Shown here: piece by piece, positions 10,550 through 24,039 of the stretch
Layout of the letters: the number at the start of each line of letters is the position of its first letter
Position numbering within the stretch: the first letter of the stretch is position 1
From: Gekko japonicus
Taxonomy: Eukaryota
Assembly (NCBI RefSeq): GCF_001447785.1
Contig: NW_015169173.1
Coordinates: 959,182 to 1,023,181 of the forward strand
DNA: 64,000 bases
Reading direction: 5' to 3'
Position numbers and translations under genes: made by a program
Notes under the pieces: generated by a model
The model's database searches: none
The model's input: only the letters and a program-made list of their open reading frames with translations
What the model was told of the DNA's origin: nothing

Positions 10550-12214
10550 AGCGCCCCCGCCAGGAACTCGTAGCCGGAAACTTCTCGCTCCAGAGAAGCG
10601 GAGCCTGCGGAAGCCCCTCTTGGGTGACAGAGGAGCTGAACACCGCCTCCCACACCCGGCCCAGCGGCCCCCAGCTCCTCGGTGGCGGGGCCTTGGCGGT
10701 CCGGAAGGCGCGCAGCGGGAGGCTGGTGACGGTTGGGGGGTGGCGGGGGAGCCCAGGCGGGTCCCTCCTCCTTTCCCCGCCCGGTGGGGATAGGCGAGAG
10801 ACACTCTGGTGGCTGGGGGAGCGGGCGACGCAAAAGCAAAAGCCTGCGGGAGAGGGAGCGACGCTTGCCGAAGGAGGCCCCAACTCGGCCGGCGAGCCCG
10901 GGACGCAGCTGTGTTCTTTGAGGGACTGGCCGCGCCAATGCGGGCGTCGGCGTTAGGAGGAGCTGAAATGACTTGACTTTGGGAGAGGGGGACGCTCCGG
11001 GGAAATGAGAGAGACTTTTGAAATACGTGGGATCATTCCGACTGATTCCAGACGGTTGACTCATGTGGAAAGCAACCACTATCTGTACGCTTTTTGTGTG
11101 TGCTAGTCAATAACAATGACGTCCTTATCCTGCCTTTTGAAAAAGTTGTTGCCTCTTCTGGTCCCCCACCGCCGACCAATTCTCTCTTGAATGGGATTAA
11201 AGGGAGGGGGAGTTCAGGATTCTGGGGCAGCTCCCCTGAAGGGTTAAAAAGTCTTGCTGGGAGTTGTTGAAGAAAGGCAGCTTTTGTCAGTCCCGCTCCT
11301 ATCTGGTGTGTGTGTGGGGGGGAGAGATCTACCCAGCATTCTTTTCCTCAGGGCCATCCCTTTTTTTTTTTCCTTACCTAATAATGAAGGATGATGAAGT
11401 GGCCTGTTTCTTTGTGCCAGAGAAGATTTCAAAACCAGATTAGTTTTGCCGGTTTGTGTATGATGAGAGCAGAAACAGAAGGGGGGGGGACATCCAACCG
11501 GTCTTACTAGTTATGACTCATCTCTCATATGACTAGCATTTGCATTACACTGGGTCCAAGAGTGCAGGGGATTTCCTGCTTATGAACTGCCTTAGCTTTG
11601 TGTTTGTTTTTTTAAAAGGTGTGGGTAGAACCCTGAATGACTGTGTGTATGGGGGGGGGGTTAAAGTACAAATATTAAAGGCTTACTGGCAACTTTCCCG
11701 GATGCCTGAAGCTGTTGAGATATACATTGAACAGTGGTGGGCATTGCTGTTTTTACATAAACAGAATGTTTTCCTCTCGAGATTATCAAATTGGACATTT
11801 CTCACTCAGAGAGAATGAGATTGGTGGTGTTTTGGCATCATTTCATTTTTTTATAAATAAAAGTAGTCATTCTGTGAAATTCCAAGACATATTTTCTCCC
11901 TTTGCTGATTGCAGTATTTCTTCCACTTGGTCTATTGTGAAATGCTGCTTGTTGTCCTGTGTGAGTTTAATATAAATGCTTCCCAAGTGTGTGTTTAATG
12001 CAAACTCTTGGCCTAAGTGCTGGGAATGTTCATGAAACACTGTTTTGTTTCAAAACTGGCGAAATTGGTGTCTGTCAAGGTACTCTGTAATGCTGCCTTT
12101 ATATCTTCAAGGTTTTGTCACTTGTGTTTATTTTCTATTTTTTGAAATGGGGGGGATACAGGCTTCTTCGGTTCTGTTTTTCACCCTCATGGTGTAAATA
12201 ATTTTGATCACTGA

Positions 12215-12220
12215 AATAAA
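12215..12220 (+). terminator. Probable IER2 polyadenylation signal
   Basis: AATAAA at the end of a long U-rich 3'UTR, followed by T/GT-rich sequence. A second AATAAA near 11856 is an alternative. Confidence 0.5.
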
Positions 12221-12764
12221 GGCCATCTGAATTTTTTAATTTCCCGTGGTGCTTCATTCTTGATCATTTTAAATTTTAAAATGTGTACATAGAGGGTTAT
12301 CACCCTTAGTGGATGTGAAAGAGGGGAATGTTCAAACACTTCCTGGGTCCCATCAGTTACGCCTCCTACATTAAGAACTGTTGATGTTCAGAGGTTAAGG
12401 AAATGAAGAACCAAAGGGGCCTGAAGAAACAGCAAGGTAGTGGCAGGAAAGAACAGCATCTTCTAAGGGCCAGAATTCCAAGTGTCTTCACTACACAGTG
12501 AATTGGATACAAATCTGAACTTAACTCCCATCTCCAATAACTCAATTTTGTGCTCTTAAAAACCAGCCCAGAAGGCCTGTATGACCTTGATTGGTGCACT
12601 AGACTTCTAGTGCAGCCAGAACTAAATCATGTTCCTTGTTATGTGGCTGTTTCCAAGAGTGGATGGAGGCAAGGATGAGCAAGTGTTGCCTTGCTTAAGC
12701 TAGGTAGTTATTCCTGTTTGGCTTTTAGGCTATCACTTTTCGGATGTCTCTCTGCCAGGTACCA

Positions 12765-14255
12765 GAATTTTATTATGTATATAGCCAAAGGCCATCACAG
12801 TACAGAATTAGGATAGTAAAAAGAAAATAATTCTAATCGTATATAGGTAAAACAGCAATTAAAAGGAATTTTCATACAAATAAATATGGACCAGTTATAA
12901 ACAGTAAATTTTTTAAATGATAAATCCAGTTAGTCATAAAAAGGTTAATTTTCTGAAGTTGCAGTCTTAGCCCTGATTTTTTGGGCAGCCAAGGCAAAAA
13001 GAGACACTTTATAACTGATGAGCGGATCAGTGTCAGATAATAGAAAGACCAGCTTGTCAATGTCAGAGGAAATTTTTTGCCCTATTAGCAGATTATCAAG
13101 ACATTTAGATCTAACTGCTGTATACATAGGACAAAATAGTGTGTAGTGAAGAATGTCCTCTGGAACTGAAGTACCACATATACAAGAACGTAAGGCCAGT
13201 GGTATTTGAGAGTATCTCCCCGTGAGTAGAGCTGTTGGCATAGTCTGAAAATGTAAGGAAGTGCCTATCTGAGATTTTGAGATGTAATATTCACTAAGTA
13301 AGGAGATCTATCATGATCTCTTCTGAATAACTTAAACCAAGGGGAGAATTTAGACCTAGAGATGGTAAACCTGTCCAATAAAGTGTCACATTTGTAGATC
13401 GTTTCTTAAGTTGGTACCAATATTGAGAGCCCCCAACAAATTGTCTGGAATAGAATAGTAGGCAAGTATGTTCTTATAACATGTAGACCAGGATGTGTCT
13501 CTACATGACATTAGTTGAAGGCATTGTTTGCTAAATATGTTGGTGAGGGCAGTATTACCTTTATTCCAGGATCTGAGTAAAGCAAGGTGGATGCGAGCCC
13601 TAACTTAGGGCATACCAAGTTCTGCCCTCATTAGGGCTGCAGGGGTCCCCTTGGGCAGGGCAAGAAGTCGTCTTAATGAATAAGTTTTGAATTGATTCCA
13701 GGCTGGAGATTAGTCCTTCAAGCCCCAGACCTCTACACCATAAAGAAGGTGGGGGATTGCCTTGTGAGTAAATAATTTTACTGCGGGGTCTACAAGGAAT
13801 CCACCTTTGGTGTGATAAAATCTCAGAATTGCTCCTTCTTTTTTTTTTTGTAGAAGCTTTAACAGTATCCAGATGTATTTTCCAATTTAAGGTCTCACTA
13901 AAGGTCACTCCCAAATATTTAAAAGAGCTGCATTGCTCAATAGCTATTCCATGAATACTCCAAGCAAACTTTCCGGGGTGTTTTCTAAAGACCATAACCT
14001 TGGTCTTGTTATAGATTATATTAAGAGCCTCCTCTTTACAGTATTCACCAAGTTGGTGTAGCAGCCTTTTTAATCCAATTTGAGTAAGAAATAAAAACCA
14101 TGTCATCAGCGTATAATAAAATTGAGATCTTCTGATGACCAAACAAGGAAGCAACAAACTTGGGTCCTGAGAGCTTGTGAACTATATAATTTATGTACAG
14201 GTTGAAAAGCAAGGGGGCAAGAATACATCCCTGCTTAACCCCCCCTACAGATTTC
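12765..14255 (-). mobile_element. 5'-truncated degenerate non-LTR retrotransposon (RT plus C-terminal CCHC; RTE-X-like, clade uncertain)
   Basis: RT motifs GVKQGCILAPLLFNLYIN, LLYADDMV and FKYLGVTF. C-terminal CICG...EDILHYTLFCPMY. The 3' end has AATAAA. Several frameshifts. Confidence 0.85.
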
Positions 14256-16029
14256 TGCCAGGTAGTTTGGCTAAACGACTGAGTTGCATAACAATGTGTG
14301 GCTTCAGGAGGGGCATGAGAGTACAGGCAGTTTATATTTAGAGCTGCAGTAACAGAGCTTGTAAACTTGTTTATGATGAACGAAAATAGCATTTCTATAA
14401 ACATGGGCTACTAGCCAGCTGGACAGTACTGGCAGGCAGGAGCTTGGATATGAGTGCTTTGCAAAACGTTAGTAGCTGCGGTGTCTCAAAGGTAATCTCC
14501 TAAGTGAGCATCTTATGCTTGTCTGCAGTTCTCGGATCATGCAGTGGAAACATTATGGGTTTGTTGGCACAATACAGTTTTGTCAAAAAATTGGTTCCCA
14601 CAGGGGCTGTGTACCAGCACAATTTTTTAAACAATATATTTATTGATTTTTAAATGACATACAGACAAAAGAAAAAACACAGACAGACAAACATACAATG
14701 TAGAATATCACCAATATTTTAAACACATCAAGGTCTCATAGGGGTAACAATACATTAATCCTATCTACTCACCCATATTCTACTCTTTACATAATTACAT
14801 AATATTACATTACTCCCCATAATATTATATACCACCACAAATTTTCACAGGTTATGAAGGTCCCCTCAATAGAAATTTTTCATGAAAGAACATATATGTT
14901 CCAATACGTTCCATTTGGATGATACTTGATTTGATTAATTGCTGGCCAACAGAATAAACCTTTGGTTATAATTCCAGCATGATTTTTTTTGTCATTTCAA
15001 AATGTAGTCAGGCATATCATGAGACTGAAGAACTGATTTCAGATTGTTTAGACAATTATGCATATTACTGAAGATTGGGAATAAAGTGCTTCTCAATAGT
15101 CATGAATGCAAAGGAGCCCCTCCAATAATTCAGTAACTTTAGGATTCATGATTTTGGGGAAAGTCTAACATTTAACTTCTTACTCATTTTAAAAAGTGCA
15201 CCAAAGGATTTGACAAAGAGGGAATGAAAGTATATGCCACTAATGTTGTTGCACCTTGGACTCTCTCATTCTGGTTTACAGTAGTTCTGTGAGACAGCTG
15301 GGAGAGAACTGAAATTGATGTTGAATGGGCCCCTAGGGCTAAAAGAGCTCTTCTGTGATTCAGTGCTCAGGAATTCACTTGTAACCTGAGCTGCAGCCAC
15401 TTTAAAGGTCATAAACTGGTAATTTTCCCTTCTCCACAATCTAGTTACCTCCTCCCTAGCTGATTTTATGAAATTAGTTCTTTAGCTGGTGTGAAGTTCT
15501 TAAGGTTTCTGTTCAAGGCATAGCAAACAACCTAAGCTTTTTCGTTCTGCAAAGTCTGGAATTACCATCACTGTTAGTAGAGACTGGAATCTCTGGCCTA
15601 GTTTTCCTCTAAAGTGGTAAAGTTGTGTCTAGGCACTTCACATTGCAGGTAGATGCTCACAGGAATTTTTTAAAAACTTCCATATAGAAATGTAGATATT
15701 GCAGAGAATGATTCTAACCTAGCTTTCTCTGTGTCATTAGTTTCCATATGAAGAATTTTTTAAATTTTGTATGGAGGTTTGTTCAGACTGAAGTCATATA
15801 GCCAAGGCCTAAATTTCCCACCAAGTGACAACTAGGAATCAGCTTCAGCCCAACCCTATTTCTTCCCACACAAAACCTGCTCCACCCCTATCAATGAGTC
15901 AGCTGGAAAGTCACTCTTGGTCACAGCTTGGTTGCTCTGATACTAACACCAGAGCTATTATGCTACAAAGAACCATGACCTACTTTTCTACAAGAGCCAA
16001 GCTTTCTGTACAAATGGAAATAGATCAAG

Positions 16030-16200
16030 ATGGGTAGCCATGTTTGTCTAGCAGTTGAACAGAGTAAGAGTCCAGTAGTACCTTAAAGACTAACAAAATG
16101 TGCGGTCGTATAAGAGCTTTTGTGAGTCACTGCTCACTTCAGATAGTGAAGAAGTGAGCAATGACTCACAAAAGCTCATACCCTACCACGGATTTTGTAC
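16030..16200. mobile_element. Penelope-like terminal repeat fragments in inverted arrangement
   Basis: GAGTCCAGTAGTACCTTAAAGACTAACAAAAT motif, followed by an imperfect palindrome TGTGAGTCACTGCTCACTTC...GAAGTGAGCAATGACTCACA. Related copies lie at about 17765-17870, 41470-41660 and 48930-49015. Confidence 0.55.
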
Positions 16201-19200
16201 AAATGGAAGAACAAGATACTATTCCACTTTGGGGGCTTTGGCTCCTGCTGAATGTAAAATTTTCCCTCCTGTAACATACAGTAGAAATGCTAAACAGAAT
16301 TGGAAATAGCTAGATAGGATTAAAGACGCCACACCCATATACCCATAGGCTTTTACTGTTCCTTTCAGCCAGAGTTCTTGGAAGGCCCTACACATTCTCG
16401 TGCACAGGGCTGCTTTGAATTTACAAAGGGAAGAAAAATCTCCCTTTGGGGCAAGTTAGAACAAGATAGCTTTCAGAGTTGGCAGGGCTTTGCAGGTGGT
16501 CTCTTATACATCTGCCCCAAAACCACAAAAAAATAAAATCAAATTCTGCCTCCCACAAACAACCTTTATGTCTGAACCAAACATGAGATTATGTAAAAGT
16601 TTAAATCTGGCAGAGACCTGAATCGTATCTTTTCCCTCTTGGAACACTTTGAAGTTCTGTAACCTCTTGAGCAGAGCTTTTGTAATATGCTGTATACTTC
16701 AAGAGACTGTTGTCTGTGTTAAGAGTTTTAAATCCATACAGTGGGGAAAGACAGAATCCATCTGTAACCTCTTCACATCTGAAATGGGGGAGGGAGCTGA
16801 GAGTCTTTTGGAAGCTTTTTGTTTTTTAAGCAGGAAATAACAGTGAAACATTCAAAAAAATTTTTAAAAAGCAACAAAACAGTCTGAAATGCTACCAAAT
16901 TTGAGATCAAATGATGAAGATGCACTGAACACACACAGCTTTTTTTTAAAAAAAGTGCAGGTGAAGGATCCAGTCCTTCCCATACCCACTCACCTTACTG
17001 CATGCTATTGTTTCATCACTTCTTCTAGCCCAGCTCAATTAACAGTATGGAAGCTGAGCTGGAAGAAAATGCTGAAAACATCTAAGCATACTGATGTAAA
17101 TCTGGGTAGGATTTCTCTCATCTGCATTTTTCACTGCAGTCTAAAGGGGGGGGGGGAGATAACAGATCTTGGAAGCCTGAATCCTTTTTCACTAACATCG
17201 GTGGAATCAAGAAATTATATTGCTTATTCCTGTGCATCCCATGGTTTTATCTTCACACATGCTGTGATAGAATAAATAACTAGAGCCAAGAGTTATTCTT
17301 GAAGCCACTAACCAGGGGAAGAATGCGTATAAACTCCTTTGCTCAAGGTCAAGGGTCCAGCTTGCTTTTTGAGCATGCATAAACCTTGTTCTGCCAGATT
17401 ATTAAACAAGCTGCAAGGCATTTCGTTCTAGCCCAGGCTGATGCAAGCTTTCTTCATTGCTCTGTGTTATTTTAAAAATCCTCTTCTCTGCTAGTCAGAA
17501 GGCATTTTGAGCCTGTGGAATATACATTAGACCATCCTAAACTAGGTTTTGAGGTGAGTTGAGACTTTAAAAACGAATAGCTTTATATATCTTTGCTGAC
17601 ACCCACCCAATGCCCAGTAAACTTGAGAGGAGTATACATGTCAGAGAAAACACTTCTGCACTAAATGCCTTGTGTTTGAGGAGACAGTGCAGGTTCAAGC
17701 GGAGTGATGGAGGAAATACTATCTATATCCACATTTCACCACTATTATGTAAAATAGCTTCAGAAAGGAGCCATGTTGGTCTGCAACAGAACAGCTAGAT
17801 TGCAGTCCTGTAGCATCTTAGAGACCAACAAGATTTTTGGGGTATGAGCTTTCAAGAGTCAAAGCTGCCTCCTCAAACGTAGTATGGCCACATCGTAGCC
17901 CTCTAGCCTTATGATCTTCCATAAAGTGCAGGATGTTTCAGTTAACAAGCACATTTTTTAAAAACCCTGTTTGCTACATTACACTATAGTATATTCTTTA
18001 TGGTGTTTGAATTCCAGAGTTTCTGCCCTCTTTAACCTTCCTGTCCTGCTGCTTTGTGGGAAACCCCCAGAAAACCCACACTATCCTGCATTGCACCTAG
18101 AGCCTGTCACAGCATTCATCACCTGTGCAAGACACTCCCCTTGTGAATAGACAGAAGGGTCTTTGATAATGCCCCAATCACATCTCCAGCAGAACAAAGG
18201 CAGCATGGCTAATGGCTCCCACTCAAAGTGTGATTCTCTCCCTCCACACATGCACATACAAAAGGCAATCTGAAGGATAGAAAAAAACACCAAAGCCAGG
18301 ATATGGGGGTTGCAGAGCAAGGAAGGCTTCACACACCAAATGCAGAGAGGTTGGTTTCCTGTGCATCGCCTACCCCTGGAGACAGGATACCAAAGCGGAC
18401 AGCCTGTTCCGCCTTACCATGAGCCAGGCTGTATCCGGCATCTGCTGAAGTTCCTGTGTTCTCACCAGTGAGGGCAGAAGAGCAGGGAGGGGGCAGCACC
18501 ATGGGACTATGTGCCTCCAGTCAGAAGAGATTCTTGTCCCAGTGGCCACAGCTCTCCCCCCACCCACCCATGCATGTAGTTCCACTGGGTAACAAAATAT
18601 TTATAAGTGGCATGGAACTTTCATTTTCTCCCTTTTGGTTTCAAGGAATTTCTCTTCTGTTCAGTGAGAAGCAGAATGAAAAGCAGCTTCCTAGTTCCTG
18701 GATACTCAGTGCAGTGTATTCCATGACAAAGACAACAATCGTAATCAAGCTCACTAGGAAGCAAGCCCTATTGAACTAAATGGGACTTGCTTCTGAGTGA
18801 ACATGCTTTGTATTGTGCTGAAAATGTCACAACACCAAAAGTAGCAGTAACTGAATAAAATATACAGGAAGGGCATGCAGGCCTATTTACAACAGCCACA
18901 AGCCATCACATCTAAATATGCACACACTTTTATAGGTATAGCCTAGTACCAACCCTGGACATCAGGGCTGTATTCTCAGCTTTGGAGAAGAGACTCTTCC
19001 AGGTTACAAAGATGGCAAGACGGACAGCAGACAGCCTGATTGGAAGCTTAGGTGAGAAATATGGGATCAACTGGAGTTGTGCAAGTTTGTATGTTTGTTT
19101 CATTTGGAGTGTGATTTTGCTCTGCCCAGCTTCCCTTAGCCTGGGTTCTCCATCAGTGGCAGTCCCTTGGCAGTCACTTCATGTCCTGCCACACTGCTGG

Positions 19201-19740
19201 TGCAGGATGGAATCCCACGATTACTACACCCCTTATGAGACAACCTCATTAAAGTGCTCCAACCTGGACAATTATGGGACACGCCTCAGAATAATTAGCA
19301 CCCATGGGAAACTGCTTTGCAGACAGGCTGCATACACTAACAGCTAGAGCAGGTTATTCTAGAAGCCAGAACTCCTAAAGCTTCCCCCTCCCAACCTGCT
19401 TTCCCACTCATTAGTGAAGAAGGAAACAAAAACCCAGGCAGAGTCATGACATTTTTTAGGAACACAGACTTCATGTCACATGACCTTTTTGAACCTTGAG
19501 TTCTCTGCCTCTAACCATTCAGCACAGAGGGGAAAACAGGACCTCCCAGATATTTCAAAGCCAAAGATCTCCTGTAGCAAGTGAACAATCCCTCCTTCGA
19601 TCCTGCTACATGCTCTACAGCATGAATAATAAGAGCTTATGTATACAGCAAAATAATCTCTGAATGAAAAAAAATGGCCTGAATGGGGAGAGTCCATACA
19701 CAGTCATTTTGCCTTCCCCATATTTCTTAATTTCTTGGAG

Positions 19741-20352
19741 AACAATAAGGTTTCCCCCCGCCCCCTTATAATTCATATACACTTTATCACAGAGGCAGTC
19801 ACTTGTGCACTTTGATTGTGGACTACCACAGCCTCCGTTTAAATATTCCTGGCCATTTTAACCCTTCCATTTTTTAAGGAAACAATAGGATTATTGTGAT
19901 TTCCATTTTTGTCACAAAATGGAAAGGCTGATATTCCATATCCTGCACTCATATAACCAAAGCTAACGTTCTTATCTGGCCTCATGTAGCACTTGTAAGG
20001 AACACCAGATCACGTTTGACTCACAACTGTCTGAAAATCAATTCTCCTTGGAATTGTCAGTTTATGTCCATGAAGTGGAGTTACACTCTCAGTTCTGGAT
20101 GACTTCACTGTAAGAAATGGGAAACTTGGGTGCAAACAGGGTCACTTCTCCATTTTGATTCTGCTTTTCAGACAACAGTGAGACAGCAATTAGTCTTTTT
20201 GAACCAGTCTCCTATCTAAGGGAAACTTGGATTCTGTCCTTACCTGCCTTTCCCTTCTTCCCCTGGAGTCACTATTAGGGTAGGGGGAGAAGGGAAAAAC
20301 GTAGAAAACAATAAGGTTTCCCCCCCGCCCCCTTATAATTCATATACACTTT
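19741..20352. repeat. 45-46 bp direct repeat (19741-19785 and 20307-20352) enclosing about 520 bp of unique sequence
   Basis: AACAATAAGGTTTCCCCCCGCCCCCTTATAATTCATATACACTTT occurs twice and differs only in the length of the C run. Confidence 0.9.
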
Positions 20353-21796
20353 TCACCACACATTGCACAAGAAGCCTGTTTTGCTAGAACATGCTACCTG
20401 CTGGGAACAACAGGGGTAACTGGAATCTTATGGAAGGAAGCCAGATATACAAGATGAAGTGAAAGGGCTTTTTAGTTCTCCCAGTCCAGACATAACTTCT
20501 TACTAATTTTTTTCTAGTTCCCACTGACTGTATCCTTAGAGCATAAATGTAACAGAAGTACGCTGATTGGGCCGAGGCTCTCTAGCCCTTGTTGCCTTTA
20601 GACTACAGAGACCATCGGTCCTCCTGCAGTTCCATTTCCTCCTTTGCACACGGGGTGAAACATGTCAGGTGCTCATAGGTGTTGGCTTAAGGGAGGTGCC
20701 ATGAGACTGTGCAGACCGTTCTTGCTCCTAACACCAGCAAGGCAACACTCTCACAGTTTAGCCTGGGCAACCTGCCAGTCGGGCTGAGACAACAGCTCGG
20801 CTGACAAAAGCCTTAATCCTTGGTAATAGCCAAGAGAGAAGAGGTGGCCAGGATCATTCTGTATAGTAACTTGTGGTCTCACTCAAAACAAAAATACTGT
20901 GAAGACTGACTACTGTAGCCTGTGTTTAGTTTGCCTACTTCCTAACTTCCTTCAGGATATATTCCAAATTCATATTTTTGCAATGTCTTTCCCATCCCAA
21001 ACACTGTCATGGATTTAGACGCAGGAAGCCAGCAATCGAAACCTCACAGTATTTCTTCCTTTCTCTGTCAATGACCCTAGATCAGTCTCACTTCTTAACT
21101 ACTGCATCAGAGGAAAAAACCCAACCCTACACCTGGTCACCAGCTGTTCCTTCTATCTGCAAATCTCACTGAAAGTGGTTTCCCCTCTGTCCCAAATACA
21201 ACAAAAGCAGTGAACTATTAGACTGAAGACGAAGAATGGAATCCCAGCCCAGAGCACTTCTCCTTCAAAACCATGCTGGGCACAAGTCACATGGCTTGCA
21301 TCTATGCCTGCAGCCATCTTGTTCAGCGTTCGTATGTCTATTGGGAAGATCAAGCACAGCCCTTTATGTGCATATGTGAAGAGGTCCTTGTGTGTGTTTT
21401 CAGGGGTCTTGAAGTAGTGTTTGCCTAGTCACAAGTGTGTGTGATGTAGGGATTACCAGCTAATGACCATTTGGTCATAGTCTTACTTCCCCATTTGGCA
21501 TTTCTGTCCCCCTCTCCCAAGTTGCACACCTATAATTTAAAAAACAAAACAATAGTGTGAATGGGAAATAAAGATATAGCAACACATCAGGGGAAGCCTC
21601 GCCTTTCCCAAAGTGGCCTACAGCCAAACTAGCTACTGATCAGAGGTATAAGAATACTCACACATACTGAAGCAATGTATCTGAGCAGGGACAATAATGC
21701 ATATAAATGTACTTGAGGATTTCATGTATTTACACATAGAATGAAACATCTGGATGCCTGTGTACAAAAGTATGGGGCACATATATGTATGTGTGA

Positions 21797-22118
21797 TAGG
21801 GTTGCCAAGTGGCACTTACCCTTCCGGCGGGGGACTCCAGGTCGGCTCCCGGCGCATGTGCGCGCCGCATGCACGTCACAGGGAAGTGACGTCATGACGC
21901 CGGGCACGCTGGGGGCGGGGCCACGACCATACAAGGGAAAACCAGTTTTCCCTTGTATGGCCGTGGCCCCGCCCCGAGCGTGCCCGGCATCATGACGTCA
22001 CTTCCCTGTGACGTGCATGCTGGGGCTGGGTTCCCCCCGGGGCCCGATTCCCCGGCGTCGGGGAACGAGCCTCTGGGGTGGGAGGTTTTCCACCCCCCGG
22101 GGGGATTTGGCAGCCCTA
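21797..22118. mobile_element. hAT-like MITE with a large internal palindrome
   Basis: Terminal inverted repeats TAGGGTTGCCAA...TTGGCAGCCCTA. Near-perfect hairpin at 21867-22020. Confidence 0.8.
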
Positions 22119-22249
22119 TCCTGTGAACCATAAAAGGAGTATGTGTGTTTGCATAAATCAATTAAGGTGAGTGCTTGTCTGTTATGTACAAGGACCGCCA
22201 CCAGGGGTCCGTGGCTAAAGCAGGAGCTTGGTCCCCAAACACTTTTCAT

Positions 22250-22610
22250 TAGGGTTGCCAAGTGAATTTGTCTTACCGGTGGGGGAGCCTCGGCGGGCTC
22301 CGGGAGCTGTCCCTCGATGTGTGCGCGTGCGAAGCACGTGCGCGCCGCCAGCATGTCACCAGAAGTGACGCACGACGTCGATCATGTTGAAGGCGTGGCC
22401 CCGATTGTCGGAGGGAAAAGCATAGAGTTTTCCCTCCGACGATTGGGGCCACGCCCCCAACGTGATTGATGTGGTTGCGTCAAGCCATGCTGCGCTTTGG
22501 GGGCGGAGTTCCCCCAGGGCCCGATTCCGCGGCGGCGGGAATCAGGACTCCAAAGCGGGGGTTTACCTGCCCCCACTTGGCAGCCCCCCCACCCCCACTT
22601 GGCAGCCCTA
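22250..22610. mobile_element. hAT-like MITE of a related family
   Basis: TAGGGTTGCCAAGTG...CACTTGGCAGCCCTA, flanked by a TTTTCAT direct repeat. Confidence 0.8.
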
Positions 22611-22913
22611 TTTTCATTGTCCATTCTATCAGCAGCACTTACTGGGTGGGGCTGCCTGCCTTCCTTCCTTCCTGCACAAAAAAAGAGTAGCTGTTTTCCC
22701 CTGGCCTCAAGCAGCCACTTCCCCTTTTCTTCCTCTGCAGCCAGAATCACCCTTCCTGGTAGTCTGCCACTGCTGTGTGACAGTCTTGGTAGGATTAAGA
22801 AGTGGGGTGGTGGCAGCCTAACCAGGGCCTCATGCCAACTGCACCCCCCCCCCGAAGCAGAAAGATAAAGAGGCTATTTACCTCAAAGAGATGCATCTTC
22901 TGGGTCTGCTAAG

Positions 22914-23113
22914 TAGGGCTGCCAGTACTGGGTTGAGAAATTCCTGAGCTCTGGGGGTGAAACCTGGTGAGGGTAGGAACCCCAGCTGGGTAGACTGCCA
23001 TATAGCCCACCCTCCAAAGCAGCCATTTTCTTCAGAGGAACTGATCTATGTAACCCAGAGATCAGTTGTAATTCTGGGAGCTCTCCAGGCCCACCTGGAA
23101 CTTGGCAATCCTA
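22914..23113. mobile_element. Short hAT-like MITE; a second copy lies at 23818-24023
   Basis: TAGGGCTGCCAG...TTGGCAATCCTA. The internal sequence is shared with 23818-24023 (CCACCCTCCAAAGCA.CCATTTTCT). Confidence 0.7.
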
Positions 23114-24039
23114 GCAAGTATCTATTCCACCACGCTGCTCTATTCTTTTCCAGTTCCTGTGCAGAAGAAGCAATTCTCAAAGCTGCTGCAGCAGTGTAGG
23201 CGAAGAGAACACTGGCTTATTCAACACGGCCTGCAGGGCAAAGGTCTGCCCACTTGCACCACAGCGCCATCAAACTGGCTGTACTGCTCAGCTATCTCCC
23301 CTTGGGAGAAAGAAAGGCATTAATCTTGAGTGACTCATCTCAGCAGTTGTGGCCTAGGCGTCTCCTTGTTCCCGTAATTTTGTGAGCCCTACTCTGCTCC
23401 CTGAAACGCAGCCAGAGGACCCTTTGGTAATTCTAAACAGACACTTCTCTCCCTTTCTTCCCACCTTCATTTGGAAGACTACAGTCAGGACTTTGACTGA
23501 GCCCCACTTTACCAGAGCAGAGCAGTAGTACTAGGCTTTGAAGGAGCAGCTCCTATAATGTCTGGGTACCAATTTAGGAAGGTGTGGATTCCAATCAAGA
23601 ACACTGTCTGAGAATGCACAGAGTGCGCTTCCTTTGCCACGGAGTAATCAGGGCCCAGGGATATGAAATTAAGGTGCAGGGCTTCTGGGTTAGACCCCAT
23701 AGCTACCAAGTTAGTATATCCCCTTGGGGCCTAGGTGGGCAGGAATTTAACGACATTGTCCCCTTCAAATTGGGCTGCTGCCTAGTGTTGCCAGGTCCCC
23801 CCTGGCCACAGGAGAGGTAGGGTTGCCAGATCCAGGTTGGGAAACTTTTGGGAGATTTGGGGATGAAGCCTGGGGGATACAGGGACCTCAGTGGGGTACA
23901 ATGCCATACAGTCCACCCTCCAAAGCACCCATTTTCTCCAGGTGAAGTAATCTCTGTCGCCTGAAGATGATGAGCTGTAATTCCGGGGGATCCCTAGGTC
24001 CCACCTGGAGGCTGGCATCCCTACTAGTGACCTGCTTTC

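Noticed and set aside
9320-11079. Overlapping antisense and alternative-frame ORFs around IER2
   Set aside because: Such ORFs are expected in GC-rich stop-poor DNA and have no recognisable domains.
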